In this document: positions 59,759 through 64,000 of the stretch, in pieces
Position numbering within the stretch: the stretch's first letter is position 1
Layout: the number at the start of each line of letters is the position of its first letter
Origin: an uncultured Campylobacterales bacterium
GTDB taxonomy: Bacteria; Campylobacterota; Campylobacteria; Campylobacterales; QNZT01
Assembly: GCA_964560425.1 (NCBI GenBank)
Contig: CAZLLE010000078.1
Coordinates: forward strand, 16,303-80,302
Direction of reading: 5' to 3'
Length of the DNA stretch: 64,000 nt
The notes under the pieces: generated by a model
What the model was told of the DNA's origin: nothing
The model's database searches: none
The model's input: the letters and a program-made list of their open reading frames with translations, nothing else
Position numbers and translations under genes: made by a program

Positions 59759-60520
59759 ATGAAAAAAATCTTAAAAATAATCTTATTTAGTACTATAGTA
59801 TATAGTTTTATTTCGTGTAGTAAAACGCCATATACACATCGAAATCAAGTTGTAATGTTTTCTCCTCAACAAGAGCTTCAGATGGGATATCAAGCAGCTA
59901 AGGAGATTTTACAAAAAGAACCACTTAGTAGAAATAGGCAACTTAATGCTGTCGTACAAAAGGTGGGTAAAAGAGTTGCTAGAGCAGCAGCACAACCAAA
60001 TTATAAGTGGGAATTTTTTGTAATTGAAAAAGATCAACTCAATGCTTTTTGTCTGCCAGGAGGAAAAGTTTTTGTCTATTCTGGACTTTTTAAAGCAGTC
60101 CAAAATGAAGATCAATTAGCCGTTGTAATAGCTCATGAAGTAGCTCATGCAATTGCTAGACATGGTGCGGAGAGGATGAGCATCACACAATTAGGAAGAA
60201 TGGGAGCATCAGTAGCAGCTGGCATGGCAGGACCTCAATATGGTGGACTTGTAAAACAAGCTTATGGAGTTACTGAAGGTATTGGAATTGTTCTACCATT
60301 TAGTAGAAAATTTGAATATGAAGCGGATGAAATAGGACTTTATCTCATGACAAAAGCTGGATACAATCCAAATGAAGCTCTTAAATTCTGGAGCAATATG
60401 AGAAGATTATCAGCAAATAGTAGAAAACCTCCTGAATTTTTGTCTACTCATCCTGCAGATGCAAACAGAATCAAAAGAATACAAAAATTAATTCCTAAAG
60501 CACAAAAATATTATAGATAA
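59759..60520 (+). CDS. M48-family zinc metalloprotease lipoprotein
   Basis: Lipobox FISCSK. HEVAHAIARH (HExxH) with a downstream EYEADEIG. Confidence 0.85.
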   Translation: MKKILKIILFSTIVYSFISCSKTPYTHRNQVVMFSPQQELQMGYQAAKEILQKEPLSRNRQLNAVVQKVGKRVARAAAQPNYKWEFFVIEKDQLNAFCLPGGKVFVYSGLFKAVQNEDQLAVVIAHEVAHAIARHGAERMSITQLGRMGASVAAGMAGPQYGGLVKQAYGVTEGIGIVLPFSRKFEYEADEIGLYLMTKAGYNPNEALKFWSNMRRLSANSRKPPEFLSTHPADANRIKRIQKLIPKAQKYYR

Positions 60521-60533
60521 AAGGCAAAATATA

Positions 60534-61244
60534 TTGGATAAACAGACAAAAATTGTAACTATGTTTGACGACATAGCAAAAACATACGATGTTGCAAATA
60601 GAGTCCTCAGTTTTGGGGTTGATAAGAGCTGGAGAAAAGATGCTTGTGATAAGACATTTAAAAAATATGGTAAACAAAATATAGAGTTTATCCTTGATGT
60701 TGCATGTGGCACAGGTGATATGTGTGAAAACTGGGATAAGAGAGCAAAACTAAAAAATATAAAAATAGAACAAATAATTGGAGCTGATCCATCTTCTGGA
60801 ATGCTTTCTCAAGCAAAAGAGAAGGGCTTAAATGCTTCATTTGTACAAGCCGAAGCAAAAAATCTACCTTATGATGATAATAGTGCAGATATTTTGAGTA
60901 TATCTTATGGTCTTAGAAATGTGGTAGATAGGTTAGAGGGACTCAAAGAGTTTCATAGAGTTCTAAAAAAAGATGGCAGAGTTGTTATTTTGGAGTTTAC
61001 AAAACTTGAAAAAGCTACGATTATGTCAAAACTTAGAGATTTTTATATGAAAAAAATACTTCCTATTGTAGGAGGTTTTTTATCAAAAAATTATGATGCT
61101 TATAACTACTTACCAAACTCAATAGAGGGATTTTTAACCAAAGAGAAACTTATTGAAGAGTTAAAAGAGGTAGGTTTTGAGATAGAAGAAGCCAAAGGTT
61201 ACTCTATGGATATATCTACACTTTTTATTGCTCGCAAAATTTAA
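60534..61244 (+). CDS. ubiE: Demethylmenaquinone/ubiquinone C-methyltransferase
   Basis: MFDDIAKTYDVANRVLSFG, ILDVACGTGD and SISYGLRNV motifs. TTG start inferred from the conserved N-terminal extension. Confidence 0.9.
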   Translation: MDKQTKIVTMFDDIAKTYDVANRVLSFGVDKSWRKDACDKTFKKYGKQNIEFILDVACGTGDMCENWDKRAKLKNIKIEQIIGADPSSGMLSQAKEKGLNASFVQAEAKNLPYDDNSADILSISYGLRNVVDRLEGLKEFHRVLKKDGRVVILEFTKLEKATIMSKLRDFYMKKILPIVGGFLSKNYDAYNYLPNSIEGFLTKEKLIEELKEVGFEIEEAKGYSMDISTLFIARKI

Positions 61245-61262
61245 AAGGAAGTATTCTTCCTT

Positions 61263-61949
61263 TTAAAATGGCCAAACACTCTCCATAATTTTAGACCCCC
61301 ATGGCTTTCTAATAGATTCTCTAATATCTCCCTGTGTCTCATATAAAATTTTTGCATCTGCAATATATTGTGAATCAATTGTATTATATTGATCAATATC
61401 ATAAGGACGAATTACTCCTGAAATTTTAACCAACTGTTTTTCACCATTTAATAATAGCTCTCTACTTCCAAATATAAAATAGTTTCCACTAGATAAAATT
61501 TTTATAATTCTTGCTGTTATTGTTGTACTAAATTTTTCATTTCTTGAATTCTGACCAGACCCCTTAAAACTATTCTCTGATCCGGGATTAAAACTTATAT
61601 CAGCAACACGATTTATCCCTTTCAAAAGACCATCAAATTTAATACCTCCAAAATTATTCTGATTTGAAATTTTAGTATTTTTATTTCCTTGTGAAGATTG
61701 AAAAGTAGTTTCATTAATACGAACTGTCACAACATCATTCACACGCATCGCTTTTGCATCAGCAAAAATAGGATTTTCTCCACGACCAAAAGCACTTCCA
61801 TCATTTACCTTTATAGATTGAGGTGGAGGAGCTGGATGTTCTACATAGTGTGGTGGTTTCATACTCATTTGGGGAGCTACTTGGTGGGATGTACAGCCAG
61901 TAAAAAGAAATATTATTATTCCAAATATAGCTATTATAATTTTTTTCAA
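61263..61949 (-). CDS. flgH: Flagellar L-ring lipoprotein FlgH
   Basis: Lipobox LFTGCTS. ADAKAMRVNDVVTVRINE and LVKISGVIRPYDI are typical of FlgH. TTG start after AAGGTAAGG. Confidence 0.9.
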   Translation of the reverse strand: MKKIIIAIFGIIIFLFTGCTSHQVAPQMSMKPPHYVEHPAPPPQSIKVNDGSAFGRGENPIFADAKAMRVNDVVTVRINETTFQSSQGNKNTKISNQNNFGGIKFDGLLKGINRVADISFNPGSENSFKGSGQNSRNEKFSTTITARIIKILSSGNYFIFGSRELLLNGEKQLVKISGVIRPYDIDQYNTIDSQYIADAKILYETQGDIRESIRKPWGSKIMESVWPF

Positions 61950-62025
61950 TAAAAATACCTTACCTTTAATTTTTAATTTTGTTTATTGAGTTATAATCAA
62001 GCAAATTTTATTCCAAAGGTTAAAT

Positions 62026-62472
62026 ATGTCGAAAGTCAAAGATATTCTAAAAAAAGATCTAAAAGCAGCAATGGTTGCAAAAGATAATTTTAAAAGAGAT
62101 ACTATCAGATTTTTAATGAGTGCAATCAAACAAGTAGAGATAGATGAAAGAGTTGAATTAAGTGATAATGATATCTATAAAATAATCCAAAAATCTATAA
62201 AACAGAGAGATGATGCCGCCAAAGCATATAAAGCAGCAAATAGAGAAGATTTGTATGAAAAAGAGGTAAACGAGGCTAATCTAATAAAAGAGTATCTTCC
62301 AAAACAGCTATCATCTGATGAACTTAGACCTATTATACAAAAGATAGTTGATAAAACAGAAGCCAAAAGCATGAAAGATATGGGTAAAGTTATAAAACTA
62401 ACACAAGAAGAGGTTGGTTCAAGTGCTGATGGTAAAACAATAAGTTCTATAGTTAAAGAGATATTAAGTTAA
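62026..62472 (+). CDS. GatB/YqeY domain protein
   Basis: LKAAMVAKDNFKRDTIRFLMSAIKQVEIDER and DMGKVIK are typical YqeY motifs. 148 aa. Confidence 0.85.
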   Translation: MSKVKDILKKDLKAAMVAKDNFKRDTIRFLMSAIKQVEIDERVELSDNDIYKIIQKSIKQRDDAAKAYKAANREDLYEKEVNEANLIKEYLPKQLSSDELRPIIQKIVDKTEAKSMKDMGKVIKLTQEEVGSSADGKTISSIVKEILS

Positions 62473-62583
62473 TTTAAATTAAAGTAGCCTAAAGTTAATT
62501 ATAAATAAAAAAGTTTTTATAGACATATAAACGATATTAGAAGATAATGTAACTAAGTATAAAAAAATCATAAGGAGATTGAG

Positions 62584-63753
62584 ATGAATAGAGAAATACA
62601 AACTGCACTACCTATTGTTCTCTCCACCGCTGTAGCTATTGGGCTGAGTGGTTGTGCTGATAAAACAGTAAATAATTGTAACAAAATACCTACCCTATCC
62701 AAAAAACAGTCTGTAAGTTCCAATACTACAGTTGGTGGAATGGACGAGAAAGATAGACAAATTGCAGCACTTCAAATTGCTATAGCAGAGGCTTTAAAAC
62801 AGAAAAAAAATCCAATTGTAAAGGTAGTTGTTAAAAATAAAGGTGCTTCTCTTTATCCGCCAAACCCACAATCTGGACAATGTTATACCAGAGTTTTAAC
62901 ACCAGAAAAATATGAGACAAAAACAAAAAAGATATTGGTTAAAGATGCAACTGAAGATATTAAAATAATACCAGCCCAATACCAAGATGCTATCAAAAAG
63001 GTAAAAGTTAAAGAATCAACTACAAAATTGATAACTATCCCCGCAACATATAAAACCATTACACAAAAGATATTGGTATCTCCAGCAAGTGAAAAAATTG
63101 TAACTATTCCTGCAACTTATGAGACAAAAATAGAAAAAATATTAGTAAAACCCGCACATACATTTTGGAAAAAAGGTTCAGGTTTAATACAAAAAGTTGA
63201 TGATACAACAGGAGAAATTTTGTGTCTTGTTACTGTTCCTCCTACATATAAAACAATTAAGAGGAAAGTAGTAAAAACACCTGCTTCAACAAAAGTAATT
63301 CCGATTCCAGCTGTCTATAGAACTATAACTAGACAAGTAATAGATAGACCTGCTTCAACAAAAACTGTAACAATTCCAGCAGAGTATAAAACTGTATCAG
63401 TCAGAGAGCTAGTCAAACCTGCCACAATAAAAAAGACAACTATTCCTGCAACATATAGAGTTGTTAAACAACAAGTCAAAGCTGAAGAGTCTGTAATTAA
63501 TTGGAAACCAGTGCAATGTAAATCAAAAGTTAATTTTTATAATAAAAGTTCAAAAAAATCAACGGGAAAAAGAAAAATAGATATTAGTAGTGTTCAACAA
63601 GCACTAAAAGAGGCAGGATTTAACCCCGGTCCAATAGATGGTATTATTGGTGTCAAAACCAAAAGAGCTTTAAAAAAATATCAAAAAGTACATGATCTAC
63701 CGACAAATAAAGGACTTACTAGAGCTACACTTGACTCTCTGGGTCTTTTTTAG
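62584..63753 (+). CDS. Lipoprotein with seven IPAxYxT-type repeats of about 23 aa and a C-terminal PG_binding_1-like domain
   Basis: Lipobox LSGCADK. Repeats include ITIPATYKTITQKILVSPASEK, VTIPATYETKIEKILVKPAH and VTIPAEYKTVSVRELVKPAT. C-terminal VQQALKEAGFNPGPIDGIIGVKTKRALKKYQ. Confidence 0.75.
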   Translation: MNREIQTALPIVLSTAVAIGLSGCADKTVNNCNKIPTLSKKQSVSSNTTVGGMDEKDRQIAALQIAIAEALKQKKNPIVKVVVKNKGASLYPPNPQSGQCYTRVLTPEKYETKTKKILVKDATEDIKIIPAQYQDAIKKVKVKESTTKLITIPATYKTITQKILVSPASEKIVTIPATYETKIEKILVKPAHTFWKKGSGLIQKVDDTTGEILCLVTVPPTYKTIKRKVVKTPASTKVIPIPAVYRTITRQVIDRPASTKTVTIPAEYKTVSVRELVKPATIKKTTIPATYRVVKQQVKAEESVINWKPVQCKSKVNFYNKSSKKSTGKRKIDISSVQQALKEAGFNPGPIDGIIGVKTKRALKKYQKVHDLPTNKGLTRATLDSLGLF

Positions 63754-63764
63754 CCTATTTTTAC

Positions 63765-63790
63765 TTGGTAAGAAGAGCTCTTCTTACCAA
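63765..63790. terminator. Perfect 13-bp-arm palindrome between convergent genes
   Basis: TTGGTAAGAAGAG|CTCTTCTTACCAA. It overlaps the stop of the minus-strand partial ORF. Confidence 0.7.
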
Positions 63791-63999
63791 TCCATTCTAT
63801 CAATATTTTGTAGCGAAATATTTGTATCTATAGTTAATCCCAAATCTCCTTTTCCACCCCAATAACTACTACCGGATGTAAAGCTTACACCAAATGCTGT
63901 ATATTTTTGAAGAGATTTAAATCTATCATAAATTAACCATGAAGATGGTCTAACTCTAATTTTATCTCTATGTGGTGTTTTGAGGCTACCAAGGGAGAG
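63784..63999 (-). CDS. 3' end of a minus-strand gene truncated by the window edge, possibly an outer-membrane beta-barrel protein
   Basis: Hand translation gives ...YTAFGVSFTSGSSYWGGKGDLGLTIDTNISLQNIDRMDW*. It shows an alternating pattern, a terminal aromatic residue, and an open frame to nt 63999. Confidence 0.4.
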   Translation of the reverse strand, partial: LSLGSLKTPHRDKIRVRPSSWLIYDRFKSLQKYTAFGVSFTSGSSYWGGKGDLGLTIDTNISLQNIDRMDW

Positions 64000-64000
64000 C

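Overview
AT-rich chromosomal window whose gene content and local synteny look like Campylobacterota (epsilonproteobacteria). Supporting blocks: trpS-serS followed by a large TPR membrane protein; cheY-prmA-ftsH; fused ispDF followed by an HP1021/Cj1608-type atypical response regulator, an ATP-sulfurylase-like gene and pgpA; flgH; ubiE. Housekeeping blocks alternate with accessory segments. (1) A degenerate IS1595-like gene is followed by two tandemly duplicated lipoprotein gene units, each with a roughly 460 bp AT-rich leader carrying a perfect 19-21 nt-arm palindrome. (2) A roughly 13 kb Pel-type exopolysaccharide locus runs pelC-D-E-F-G, after which the PelA and PelB functions are spread over four ORFs. 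(3) An alpha-2-macroglobulin / PBP1C pair lies in inverted order and is separated by a REP-associated tyrosine transposase (RAYT) with GC-rich REP/REPIN copies. (4) Several repeat-built lipoproteins of unknown function are present. By eye I found no rRNA, tRNA or CRISPR array. All calls rest on reading the supplied translations and the DNA. No database search, alignment statistic or folding calculation was run. The Pel-like locus and the RAYT-split A2M/PBP1C pair are the strongest candidate systems, and both belong to known families, so novelty lies in their architecture only.
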